A stretch of DNA of 64,000 bases from a bacterium (GTDB lineage Bacteria > Margulisbacteria > Marinamargulisbacteria > GCA-2716485 > JAYNIM01): contig JAYNIM010000002.1 of assembly GCA_038109055.1 (NCBI GenBank), forward strand, positions 111,759-175,758, in the 5' to 3' direction. Below, in pieces: positions 30,092 to 39,635 of this stretch. The position numbers were made by a program, and so were the translations under genes. Positions within the stretch are counted from its first letter, which is position 1, and each line of letters opens with the position of its first letter. The notes under the pieces were generated by a model. It worked only from the letters and a program-made list of their open reading frames with translations, was not told where the DNA came from and searched no databases.

Positions 30092-31415
30092 GCGGCGCTA
30101 ACTGTTCAAAACGTGATGTGTCTTTTTTAAAAAACAAGCCTACCTTACCCACAGGCCCATTTCGTTGCTTTGCAATAATCAATTGTACATTCGATTGCCC
30201 TGGCGTTAACTGCATTTCTTGTGGCGTTTCTTCACGATGGATAAAGGCCACCAAATCTGCTGTTTGCTCAATTTCACCCGATTCCCTCAAATCACTTAAC
30301 AAAGGAAATTTATCTGGCCGTTTCTCAACATCACGACTCAACTGTGACAGTGCAATCACAGGCACTTGAGATTCTTTAGCAAAAGCCTTCACTTCACGAA
30401 CAATGTCTGAAACCTCCTGATAACGACTTTCAACCCGCTTTTTCGAAGATCTCATCAATTGTAAATAATCAATTAAGACAAGCTTAATATCCGTCTCTTG
30501 CTGTAAGCGACGAAACTTGGCCTTCATTTCCAATGGCGATATACCTGGCTTATCATCAATATAAATTGGGGCATCTGCCAAGGTACCCATGGCAATCACT
30601 AAATTTTTATACTCATGTTCCTTTAATTCAGCCGTACGTAACCTCGCAGAATCTAAACGTGACTCAGAACAAAGCATACGCAACGCTAACTGCTCCTTGG
30701 GCATTTCCAAACTAAAAATAGCCACAGGCATCTTATGCTGAATCGCGGCATATCGAGCAAAATGCAATGCTAAACTTGTTTTTCCCATCGATGGTCGCGC
30801 AGCTAAAATAATTAAATCTCCCTTATTAAATCCCGAGGTCATTTTATCAAAATCCGAAAACCCTGTCGGAACCCCCAACATACCATCTTCCAAATCATAG
30901 GTACTTTGAATATCTTCAAAGACCGTATTTAAAACAGATTTAATAGGCACAAAATCATCTTGAACCATCTCCCTAGACATATCCGTAACAACCTGTTGGG
31001 CACGATCTAAAACTTCTGTACTCTCCGCCATCTCATCAAACGCCATCCCCACGATCGTAGATCCCAAGGTAATAAGTTCACGTAAAAGATAGCGTTGAAA
31101 AACAATATCTGAATATTTTTCAGCATGCGCCGCAGTCGGAACAGCATCCGCCAATTCAACCAAGTAAGAACGCCCCCCTACTTCATCTAACTTTTGTCGT
31201 TTTTTAAGTTCGTCAGCAACGGTCACCAAATCAATAGGATCATTATGTTTAAATAAATGCAACATCACCTCAAAAATAACGGCATGATTGGCATGATAAA
31301 AGAAGGCTGGTTTTACTTTAGCCGACAACAAGGCAAAGCTATCTTTAGAAAGAAAAAACGAGCCCAACAAACTTTGTTCAGAATCTGTCGAATGTGGAGG
31401 AATACGTTCTGCCAT
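30072..31415 (-). CDS. dnaB: Replicative DNA helicase
   Basis: RIPPHS, AARPSMGKT, IDYLQLM, LSQLSR, DLRESGEIEQTAD, KQRNGP. Confidence 0.99.
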   Translation of the reverse strand: MAERIPPHSTDSEQSLLGSFFLSKDSFALLSAKVKPAFFYHANHAVIFEVMLHLFKHNDPIDLVTVADELKKRQKLDEVGGRSYLVELADAVPTAAHAEKYSDIVFQRYLLRELITLGSTIVGMAFDEMAESTEVLDRAQQVVTDMSREMVQDDFVPIKSVLNTVFEDIQSTYDLEDGMLGVPTGFSDFDKMTSGFNKGDLIILAARPSMGKTSLALHFARYAAIQHKMPVAIFSLEMPKEQLALRMLCSESRLDSARLRTAELKEHEYKNLVIAMGTLADAPIYIDDKPGISPLEMKAKFRRLQQETDIKLVLIDYLQLMRSSKKRVESRYQEVSDIVREVKAFAKESQVPVIALSQLSRDVEKRPDKFPLLSDLRESGEIEQTADLVAFIHREETPQEMQLTPGQSNVQLIIAKQRNGPVGKVGLFFKKDTSRFEQLAPHAQPVP

Positions 31416-31498
31416 AATGAATAAATATCATAACAAAGTTAAGCTCGATAAAAAAGAAAAAATTATCAAATAATAAATACCCTGATACAATCCTACAG

Positions 31499-32521
31499 AT
31501 GAACATCGCATACGTAGGCTGTAGCTTTCAGCATTTTGCAGTGAAAGATCTAGAAAAACTCTATATATCTAAGCAAGATACCTCCCATTTTTATCACCAC
31601 ATCAAACAAACAACAAGCATCAAAAGCATCTGTCTACTGATGACCTGTAATCGTGTTGAATTTTATTTTGAATCAGATCATTTAACTCACGCCAAAAAAG
31701 AGTTATTAACACTTATTTCAACATTTAAAAACATCCCAGAAAAAACAATCAACGATATGATCACATACAAAGAAAAATACACCGCTCTTGAACATCTATT
31801 CAAGGTTAGCTGTGGCATTAAATCTATGGTCTTTGGCGAAAACGAAATTTTAAGCCAGGTCAAAAGCGCCTACGAACTATACAGGGCACAAAACCAAAAT
31901 ACTGCTCTTTTAAACAAAGTCTTTCAAAGTGCCATTGCCACTGGTAAACGTACCCGTACAGAGACTCAAATCAGCCAAGGGTCCTACTCCATAAGCTCCA
32001 TTGCTATTGAAGCTGTACGTGAACGTTGCCTCGATTACTTCGCCCATAACATCCTCATCATCGGCGCTGGTATTATTGCCGAACGCCTCATCAAAAAATG
32101 GACCGCACTTGGGCATCCCAGTATCACAATCTGCAACAGAACAGCGACTAAAGCACTCAAATTAGCCCAAGCCTACCAACTCAAACACCTCCCTCCGGAC
32201 GAGTTGAAAGAAAAAGTCAAAAACTATAGCATTATCTTTACCGCCACATCATCCAAGGATTTTATACTAAATGAAAAAAATTTCACCGACACGATCTCAA
32301 GCAAATACTTCTTAATAGATTTAGGTGTCCCCAGAAATATCAACCCAAACGTTGATCATAATCCACTCCTATCTCGCCTGACCATTACCAATCTACAAGA
32401 AGTGGCAGATAAAAACATTCATCGGAGAAAAAAAGAACTTGAAAAATGTGAAACCATTATTAATGAAGAATTAGAAAAAGTAAAAAATTGGCTCAATTAC
32501 AAACAGCAACACCCCGCGTAA
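31499..32521 (+). CDS. hemA: Glutamyl-tRNA reductase with a short C-terminus
   Basis: TCNRVEFY, GENEILSQVK, IGAG, IDLGVPRNI. Confidence 0.95.
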   Translation: MNIAYVGCSFQHFAVKDLEKLYISKQDTSHFYHHIKQTTSIKSICLLMTCNRVEFYFESDHLTHAKKELLTLISTFKNIPEKTINDMITYKEKYTALEHLFKVSCGIKSMVFGENEILSQVKSAYELYRAQNQNTALLNKVFQSAIATGKRTRTETQISQGSYSISSIAIEAVRERCLDYFAHNILIIGAGIIAERLIKKWTALGHPSITICNRTATKALKLAQAYQLKHLPPDELKEKVKNYSIIFTATSSKDFILNEKNFTDTISSKYFLIDLGVPRNINPNVDHNPLLSRLTITNLQEVADKNIHRRKKELEKCETIINEELEKVKNWLNYKQQHPA

Positions 32522-32524
32522 ATC

Positions 32525-33457
32525 ATGCCTAAAAACTGTCAAACAATTAAGATTGGCTGTCGCCCCTCTAAATTGGCCATCGCCCAAACAAAACAGGTTG
32601 AAGCTACAATCAATCAGCACTTTCCCTCAATTCAAACAAGCCTTCATACCTTCAAGACAGAGGGTGATCTAAACCAACATCAGCCTCTGTATGAACTAGG
32701 AGGCAAAAATATTTTTATCAAAACACTCGAAACACAACTGCTCAACAAAAAAGTTGATTTAGTCGTTCACAGCCTCAAAGATATCACCACCAAACTAGCC
32801 CCCTCCTTAGTACTTGCAGGCATAATCAAAGGTCCGTCGATACGAGATTGCATTATTTTAAACCAAGTTCACAGATCCACAATCAAAACACTGTCCCAAC
32901 TACCCAAAACAGCCAAAATAGGCACCTCCAGCTTACGCCGCATCGCCCAATTAAAACAAATAAATCCCCAATTCACTATCATCCCCATGCGTGGCAACAT
33001 CGATACTCGCATCAAAAAGCTTCACGACCAAAACCTAGACGCTATTTTACTAGCAGAAGCAGGTCTAATACGCCTGGACATTGAAGATAACCATTATATC
33101 CCTTTAGATGAAAAAGTATTTATCCCTGCACCCAATCAAGGTCTACTAGGTTTAGAAATAAGAGAAACAGATCCCCACCTTGCGCAAATATGCCAAAGCT
33201 TAAGTGATACAACACAGAGCTTATTTGCAAACGCACAAATAGCCCTCATTTCATCCCTCAATTTGAACTGTAATCACCCCTTTGGCAGTTATATTGATGA
33301 CAGCGAAGAACAACTTTTTTTCAATTATTTTCTAAGCAATACAACGTTCACGCATCACAGCAAAGCACGCATCCCTGTCACCAAAAAATCCCTTGCAACT
33401 GACATGGATGACATCCAAAACACCCTCCAAAAAAAAAGGAATTCATGGCCAAAATAA
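32525..33457 (+). CDS. hemC: Hydroxymethylbilane synthase
   Basis: RPSKLAIAQ, VHSLKD, GTSSLRR, RGNIDTRI. Confidence 0.96.
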   Translation: MPKNCQTIKIGCRPSKLAIAQTKQVEATINQHFPSIQTSLHTFKTEGDLNQHQPLYELGGKNIFIKTLETQLLNKKVDLVVHSLKDITTKLAPSLVLAGIIKGPSIRDCIILNQVHRSTIKTLSQLPKTAKIGTSSLRRIAQLKQINPQFTIIPMRGNIDTRIKKLHDQNLDAILLAEAGLIRLDIEDNHYIPLDEKVFIPAPNQGLLGLEIRETDPHLAQICQSLSDTTQSLFANAQIALISSLNLNCNHPFGSYIDDSEEQLFFNYFLSNTTFTHHSKARIPVTKKSLATDMDDIQNTLQKKRNSWPK

Positions 33458-34926
33458 GAAAGGCAAAAGTTTATTTAATCGGAGCTGGTCCAGGTGACCC
33501 CTTGCTCATTTCACAAAAAGCACTCCTCATCTTACAACAGGCAGACGTAGTCCTTTACGACTCATTATGCAATGAAAATTTACTCTTCCACTGTCCTCCC
33601 CATTGCAAAAAAATATCAGTTGGAAAAAAAAGGGGCAGTCATAGCACAACCCAACAGGAAATACACACATTTATTCTAAACCATAGTAAAAAAGGCCAAA
33701 CGATTATCAGGCTCAAAGGAGGCACCCCCAGTATATTTGGACGCTTAGGGGAAGAACTCTTGTTTTTATATGAAAACAATATCGATTATGAAATTATTCC
33801 TGGCATCTCTTCGGGAACTTCTGCAGCAGAGTTATTTGGTATTCCTATAACACATCGTGACACCGCACATTCTGTTGCCTTTCTAACTGGAAGTTTAAAA
33901 ACAGGTCAATCTATTACAACACAGCAAATACCAAAAGCAGATACATTAATCATCTTCATGGGCATACAACACTTTAAGGAACTTATACAAAAAATTATAA
34001 ACAGCAACTATTTTAGCCATAATACCCCCATTTCTGTCATTTCTCATGCAAGCACTGCAGCCCAAAAAATTCACTTAAGTACCTTAGAAACCATCCTGAT
34101 TGAACAAAAAAATCTCCCTCTTGATCATCCAAGCATTATCATCATAGGAAAAAGCATTCACAACGCAAAAAAATGGATCAATCAACATTCTTTACCTCTA
34201 CAAGGTAAACGTATTCATTTATTACGTCGCTATGAACAATCCAAAGAATTATATGAACAATTAACCCTTGCAGGAGCAGAAATCATCTTAAACCCAAGTA
34301 TTACACTACAAAAAAAGTTAAAAAATTTAAAAAAAATAACCCCTACCTATCTTAACAAAATCACATTAATCATTTTTACCAGCCCCAATGCTGTGAGATT
34401 CTTTTTTAACGCCTTACAAAACAACGGCTATGATGCCAGAGTACTCGCTCACATAAAAATTGTAAGTATCGGGAATGCAACCACCTCCGAACTAAAAAAA
34501 CACAGCATTAGTCCAGATGCCGAAGCCAGTACCCCCACCTCTGAAGGACTCGTAACCTTATTAAAAAATACAATAAAAAATGAATATATATTACTTCCTA
34601 CTGCAGAAAAAACCAGAAATATTCTCAAAGAAAAATTATCAAACATCTGCCTCAAATTCACACAAATCTCTCTTTATAAAACATCAGAAATCCCAATCAA
34701 CACCCAAAAAATTCACTCCAATGACTGGATATTTTTCACATCATCTCAAATAGTTAAAAACACTGCCAAAAGAATCCAAAAAGGAAGACAAATCAATGCA
34801 TTATGCCTTGGTCCAATCACAGAAAAAACAGCTAAACAATATTTTAAAAAAAGCGTATTATTGCAAAAAACATCGAATCATGAAAATTTAGTAAGTACAA
34901 TCATTAAAACAATACGCAGTGAATAA
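33445..34926 (+). CDS. cobA: Uroporphyrinogen-III methyltransferase / uroporphyrinogen-III synthase fusion (CobA-HemD)
   Basis: GAGPGDP, RLKGG.P.IFGR, IPGISS; C-terminal IFTSPNAV HemD domain. Confidence 0.9.
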   Translation: MAKIRKAKVYLIGAGPGDPLLISQKALLILQQADVVLYDSLCNENLLFHCPPHCKKISVGKKRGSHSTTQQEIHTFILNHSKKGQTIIRLKGGTPSIFGRLGEELLFLYENNIDYEIIPGISSGTSAAELFGIPITHRDTAHSVAFLTGSLKTGQSITTQQIPKADTLIIFMGIQHFKELIQKIINSNYFSHNTPISVISHASTAAQKIHLSTLETILIEQKNLPLDHPSIIIIGKSIHNAKKWINQHSLPLQGKRIHLLRRYEQSKELYEQLTLAGAEIILNPSITLQKKLKNLKKITPTYLNKITLIIFTSPNAVRFFFNALQNNGYDARVLAHIKIVSIGNATTSELKKHSISPDAEASTPTSEGLVTLLKNTIKNEYILLPTAEKTRNILKEKLSNICLKFTQISLYKTSEIPINTQKIHSNDWIFFTSSQIVKNTAKRIQKGRQINALCLGPITEKTAKQYFKKSVLLQKTSNHENLVSTIIKTIRSE

Positions 34927-36199
34927 AAAATCTAAAAAATATTTCTCAGAAGCAAAACAAATATTAGTAGGGGGTGTCAACAGTCCCGTTCGGGCGTTTA
35001 CAGCAGTAGGCAAAAATCCATTATTCATTAAAAAAGCAGAAGGGGCCTATATCTTTACTGAAGATGATCAACGCTTACTCGATTATGTTCTTTCTTGGGG
35101 ACCTTGTATCCTAGGTCATGCGCATCCAAACGTGATACAAAGTATCGAAAAAACCATCAAAAATGGCTTATCCTTTGGGGCCCCCTCTGTGTTAGAAACA
35201 CAACTCGCTAAATTAATTCAAGAATTTATGCCCCATATAGAAAAAATACGCTTCGTAAATTCAGGAACAGAAGCAGCAATGTCCGCATTACGGCTAGCCC
35301 GAGGCTATACGAAAAAAAAATTCATCGTCAAATTTAATGGTTGCTATCATGGCCATGCAGATCCTTTTTTAGTAGCAGCTGGATCAGGGAATCTAACCTT
35401 ATCAAAACCAGATAGTGAAGGCGTATTAGAAAGCACGAGTCAATATACATTAGTATGCGACTATAATAATAGCGAACAGTTAACCCATTTATTTAATGAA
35501 AATGGAAGAGATATTGCGGGAATCATACTAGAACCCATTACCGGAAACATGGGCGTTATACCGCCTACAGAAACATTCCTATCCACGCTAAACAAACTAT
35601 GTAAAACATATGATAGTCTTCTTATTTTTGACGAAGTAATGAGTGGATTTCGTTGTCATAAAAACGGAGCCCAAGCTTTACTCAATACAACCCCTGACAT
35701 CACAATATTAGGCAAAGTAATTGGAGGAGGCCTTCCCTGTGGAGCTTACGGCGGGAAAGCAGAAATAATGGAGAAAATAGCGCCTGAAGGCCCTATTTAC
35801 CAAGCAGGGACATTATCCGGTAATCCAATCGTCATGGCCAGCGGCATCGCAACATTAACCGAACTTAAAAATACAAAGGCATTTGAAACAGCAGAACAAA
35901 GCTGTACGTTCTTATGCGAAGAACTGAGAAAACAACTAAACAAAGATCATTATTGCATACAAAATCAGGGAACAATGTTTAGCCTATTTTTTAAAAAAGG
36001 CCCCATACAAAATTTAACTGATGTACAAAATTGCAACCTGAAACAATTTCCAAAATTTTTCCACGCGTTACTAGAAAATAACATCTATTGGCCCCCTTCG
36101 GCATACGAAGCATGTTTTATATCATGTCAACATAAAGCACAAGAAATCCAACATACCGTAAAAACAGTAAAAAAGAGTTTAAGCACAATTCAAAATTAA
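34919..36199 (+). CDS. hemL: Glutamate-1-semialdehyde 2,1-aminomutase
   Basis: GGVNSPVRAF, SGTEA, FDEVMSGFR, GKVIGGGLP. Confidence 0.98.
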   Translation: MNKKSKKYFSEAKQILVGGVNSPVRAFTAVGKNPLFIKKAEGAYIFTEDDQRLLDYVLSWGPCILGHAHPNVIQSIEKTIKNGLSFGAPSVLETQLAKLIQEFMPHIEKIRFVNSGTEAAMSALRLARGYTKKKFIVKFNGCYHGHADPFLVAAGSGNLTLSKPDSEGVLESTSQYTLVCDYNNSEQLTHLFNENGRDIAGIILEPITGNMGVIPPTETFLSTLNKLCKTYDSLLIFDEVMSGFRCHKNGAQALLNTTPDITILGKVIGGGLPCGAYGGKAEIMEKIAPEGPIYQAGTLSGNPIVMASGIATLTELKNTKAFETAEQSCTFLCEELRKQLNKDHYCIQNQGTMFSLFFKKGPIQNLTDVQNCNLKQFPKFFHALLENNIYWPPSAYEACFISCQHKAQEIQHTVKTVKKSLSTIQN

Positions 36200-36252
36200 G
36201 CTATTAAAAAATAAGAAAAATAGACTATAATAGTACTATTAATATCAAACAC

Positions 36253-37434
36253 ATGCTTAATAAAAAATATTTATTTCTAATAATATGCTTTCTTTATTGC
36301 CAAAATACTTTATTTAGTATGGGCGAGCCGCCTCAAAGAATAGAAAATAAGTTCAAAAAAAAAGATACCGTAAAAAATAAACAGTTATTCAAAAAGAAAG
36401 ACAAAGACACCTCAACAGAAAAAAAAATATCATCCAAACAACCTATATCTTCAAATACAATTAGCCAAAACAATTCCTCATCGACGGTAAAAGACAGCAA
36501 AATATTATTACCTCCAAACATCAAACAAACCAGTTACAATGTCACCTCAGAAGAATCCATCGAAAGTATACGAAAAAAATTAAACCTAAGCATACAAAGA
36601 AGACAATTTGAACGAATAAAAAAATTACTAGAAAAAATGCCTAAATCAATATGGAACAATAAAGAAAAAAATATAGAAAAAGAGCTCCTATTATTTGAAG
36701 AAATAGAAAATGAAGAAAAAAGATTCAATAATCAATTTAAAAAAGACACCAATACTAATCAGAAATTAACGAACAAAATCAATTTTTTATACACAGAAGC
36801 GAAAGGAAAAATATTAGAAGGAAATAATAACATCAGTAAAGATCTATTGATACATATTTTATTTCTAGACAAGAGTCATTTCAAAGCAAGAAAATTATTA
36901 AACAAAGGGTTAAAATTACAAGCAAACGATTATATAGTCGAAAACATAGAGCTAAAATATTGGCGAGAGTCCGAAATAAATTACTACAGCGGTAATTACA
37001 AAAAAGCCATAGAAAATTTAAACGCATTAACAATCTTTGAAAGCAACAACGCCACCATTTATGAACGCTTAGGATCAAATTACTACAATATATCGTTAAT
37101 TAATGAAGCAATAAATTCCTGGACAATTGCAATGGGTCTAGACCCATCAAAAAATCATTTAAAAAAGGTCATTGAAAAAGCTAAAAATTATCAAAAAGAA
37201 CAAGAAAAGGAACTTAAAAACTTTCAACAAACAAATGAGGAAAGCAACAAAAAAGAGAGTCTTCCAGACATAGAAGAAACACAATTATTAAGTGTGTTTT
37301 ACAATCGTGCAGACGCATTCAAATATAAAAATAAACTACAAAAAGAAAATCCAAAAAGAACTCTTTATCTGTATAACAAAAACGATGGATCTATAGAAGT
37401 AAGAATAAAAAAAATTAAAAACAGGAGCAACTAA
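36253..37434 (+). CDS. Exported TPR protein with a SPOR-like C-terminal domain, module 2
   Basis: Signal peptide; TPR IYERLGSNYY...AMGLDP; LLSVFYNRADAFKYKNKL...GSIEVRI resembles SPOR. Confidence 0.6.
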   Translation: MLNKKYLFLIICFLYCQNTLFSMGEPPQRIENKFKKKDTVKNKQLFKKKDKDTSTEKKISSKQPISSNTISQNNSSSTVKDSKILLPPNIKQTSYNVTSEESIESIRKKLNLSIQRRQFERIKKLLEKMPKSIWNNKEKNIEKELLLFEEIENEEKRFNNQFKKDTNTNQKLTNKINFLYTEAKGKILEGNNNISKDLLIHILFLDKSHFKARKLLNKGLKLQANDYIVENIELKYWRESEINYYSGNYKKAIENLNALTIFESNNATIYERLGSNYYNISLINEAINSWTIAMGLDPSKNHLKKVIEKAKNYQKEQEKELKNFQQTNEESNKKESLPDIEETQLLSVFYNRADAFKYKNKLQKENPKRTLYLYNKNDGSIEVRIKKIKNRSN

Positions 37435-38861
37435 TGCTAAAAAAAACCTCCTACGCCATAGGCATATACGCACTAGTACTAGTCACAAACCTATGCGCTA
37501 TAAACCAATATCAAATTGAACAATTTTATACAGAAATATCTCAAAAGACACTTGACACTCTATTTGGAAAAAATACATTTATCGTCAAAGCAAACATAGA
37601 ATTAACAAAATCAAAGTACCAAGTAACCTATACAAAACAATCTCAAATCAAAGAAGCAAAACAAACATCATCTCAAACAGAAAAAGTATTACTAATGCCA
37701 GGATACCCTGCATTAAAAAATATAAGTCCAGACAATTTAAACACACTTCCATATGATTCTGTCACAACTTTAATAGAGCCAAAAATAAAACGAACCATCT
37801 TAACAATATTTGCCAGCAAAGAAATGACTCGCCTACAAGTAAAAAAAATTAACCCTATCCTTCAAGAACTTCTAAATTTAGACTTAACTACAGATAAAAT
37901 AAACATAAAATACAAAAGCTTTTTCGATCTAAAAAAAGCAAAGCCCCAGCCAATCACCATTAAAAACTCAAGGGAAACATTCACATCTCCAGATATAGTA
38001 ATCAATTTTCTATTACTATGTACCGCAATCGCGTTTCTATTATCCTACTTATTTAAAAACAAAAAAGAAAGCTCAACTACTCATCAAAATCAGCAACCTA
38101 GTATACATGTAAACCCAAGTTTAGAATTACCCGAAGGATTAAAAACCAGAGATGCAATCACTGAATCACAACAAACATCCAAAGAAAAGAAAAATTATTT
38201 TGATTTCATCAATACAGAAAATATCTCGCTTTTAATATCCCTACTTAAAAAAGAAAGAGTATCCTTCGACTACGTTGTCATGATTTTGTCGTTTATTCCT
38301 ACTCCCCTAATTAATCAAATATTAGACAGCTACTCGCTAAAAGAACAAAGTATCATCATTGAAAAACTAAAAGAAGAAAAACAAGTAAAAGCTGAATTGC
38401 TTAAAAAACTAGAGACCAAAATACAAACATACATAGAAACAAGCATCGGGGGCCCTCATTTATTAGAAAAAATATTTAAACTAAACAAAATATCAAGTAA
38501 CAAAAATATTCTGGATTATTTAGAAAAAAACAATCCAAGTTTATACAAAGACACGCGACCTTACATACGTCTCATAAAAGATTTAGATCTATTAGAAGAA
38601 GAAAATTTAAAAGAAATTTTATCATCAATAAATCTAGAAACATTATCCAAGGGACTAACACAAAGTTCTGAAGAACTAATTGAGAAAATCAAAGGTTATT
38701 TACCAGAAAATGGCCAACAAATGCTGATTGAGTATATTGCAAGCAATCAAGCTAATCCAAATACAGAAGAAATAGACTTAGCTCAAAAAGCCATTATAAA
38801 AACAATAAGAAAATTAGAAAAAACTAAAAAATTAGACCTAGCAAATAGAACACAAAAATAG
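37434..38861 (+). CDS. FliF(RBM3)-FliG(middle and C domains) fusion protein
   Basis: Signal peptide; LDTLFGKNTFIVKANIEL, MPGYP, IKRTILTIF, DKINIKYKSF; TM; then YFDFI, IGGPHLL, LKEILSSINLETLSKGL, EEIDLAQKAIIKTIRKLE. Confidence 0.75.
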   Translation: MLKKTSYAIGIYALVLVTNLCAINQYQIEQFYTEISQKTLDTLFGKNTFIVKANIELTKSKYQVTYTKQSQIKEAKQTSSQTEKVLLMPGYPALKNISPDNLNTLPYDSVTTLIEPKIKRTILTIFASKEMTRLQVKKINPILQELLNLDLTTDKINIKYKSFFDLKKAKPQPITIKNSRETFTSPDIVINFLLLCTAIAFLLSYLFKNKKESSTTHQNQQPSIHVNPSLELPEGLKTRDAITESQQTSKEKKNYFDFINTENISLLISLLKKERVSFDYVVMILSFIPTPLINQILDSYSLKEQSIIIEKLKEEKQVKAELLKKLETKIQTYIETSIGGPHLLEKIFKLNKISSNKNILDYLEKNNPSLYKDTRPYIRLIKDLDLLEEENLKEILSSINLETLSKGLTQSSEELIEKIKGYLPENGQQMLIEYIASNQANPNTEEIDLAQKAIIKTIRKLEKTKKLDLANRTQK

Positions 38862-38870
38862 GAGGATAAA

Positions 38871-39635
38871 ATGGACATAATATCAATTATAGGGTTCATA
38901 GTAGCACTAAGCGCAATATATTTTGGAGCACCAGATATTAGACATGATTTAGCTGTTTATCTTGATTCAGATAGTTTCATATTTGTATTTTTCGGCTCAA
39001 TAGGTTCAATGATCATCGCATCAAGTAAAAGTGAGCTAAAACATTTAGGAACTCTGTTATCACATACCTTTCGTAGAAAAAAAACAATACTTCCCAAAAA
39101 AGCTGTTGAAATCATGGTAAAGCTATCAAAAGATTCACAACAAATGAGTAAACAAGATTTACCAAATGAATCAAAAATCTACAACAACCCATTTTTAAAC
39201 AATGGAATTGCTATGATCGCATCAGGCCTTGATGAGAACTTTATTAATACCACTCTAAATAACGACTTGCAAGAATCAGAAAAAAGACACGATATCTTAA
39301 TCAATAAAGTACGATCATTAGGAGCCTACGCCACAATGTTCGGGATGGCGGGAACAGTCATTGGAGTCATTCAAGTTCTTAGAGACGTAAAAGACATAAA
39401 TAACATCATAAGCGGTCTATCATTAGCTCTATTGACCACGCTCTACGGATTATTTCTTTCCTCTATATTTTATCTTCCTCTATCCAAAAAACTTAAAAAT
39501 AATAGTGAAAAAGAAGTATTAACAAAATTAATTATAAAAGAAGGAATATTAGGAATTGCCAGAAAGGAGATCCCTGTAAAAATAAACTTTTACCTAAAAT
39601 CATTTTTAGATCAACACGACAAGAAAAATGCGTAA
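38871..39635 (+). CDS. motA: Stator A subunit (MotA family), module 2
   Basis: SFIFVFFGS, NPFLNNGI, FGMAGTVIGV, LALLTTLYG; SD AGGAGG. Confidence 0.9.
   Translation: MDIISIIGFIVALSAIYFGAPDIRHDLAVYLDSDSFIFVFFGSIGSMIIASSKSELKHLGTLLSHTFRRKKTILPKKAVEIMVKLSKDSQQMSKQDLPNESKIYNNPFLNNGIAMIASGLDENFINTTLNNDLQESEKRHDILINKVRSLGAYATMFGMAGTVIGVIQVLRDVKDINNIISGLSLALLTTLYGLFLSSIFYLPLSKKLKNNSEKEVLTKLIIKEGILGIARKEIPVKINFYLKSFLDQHDKKNA

Noticed and set aside
31499..36199. Absence of hemB from the hem cluster and a short HemA
   Set aside because: hemB is often located elsewhere and short HemA proteins are known; this cannot be judged from one window.
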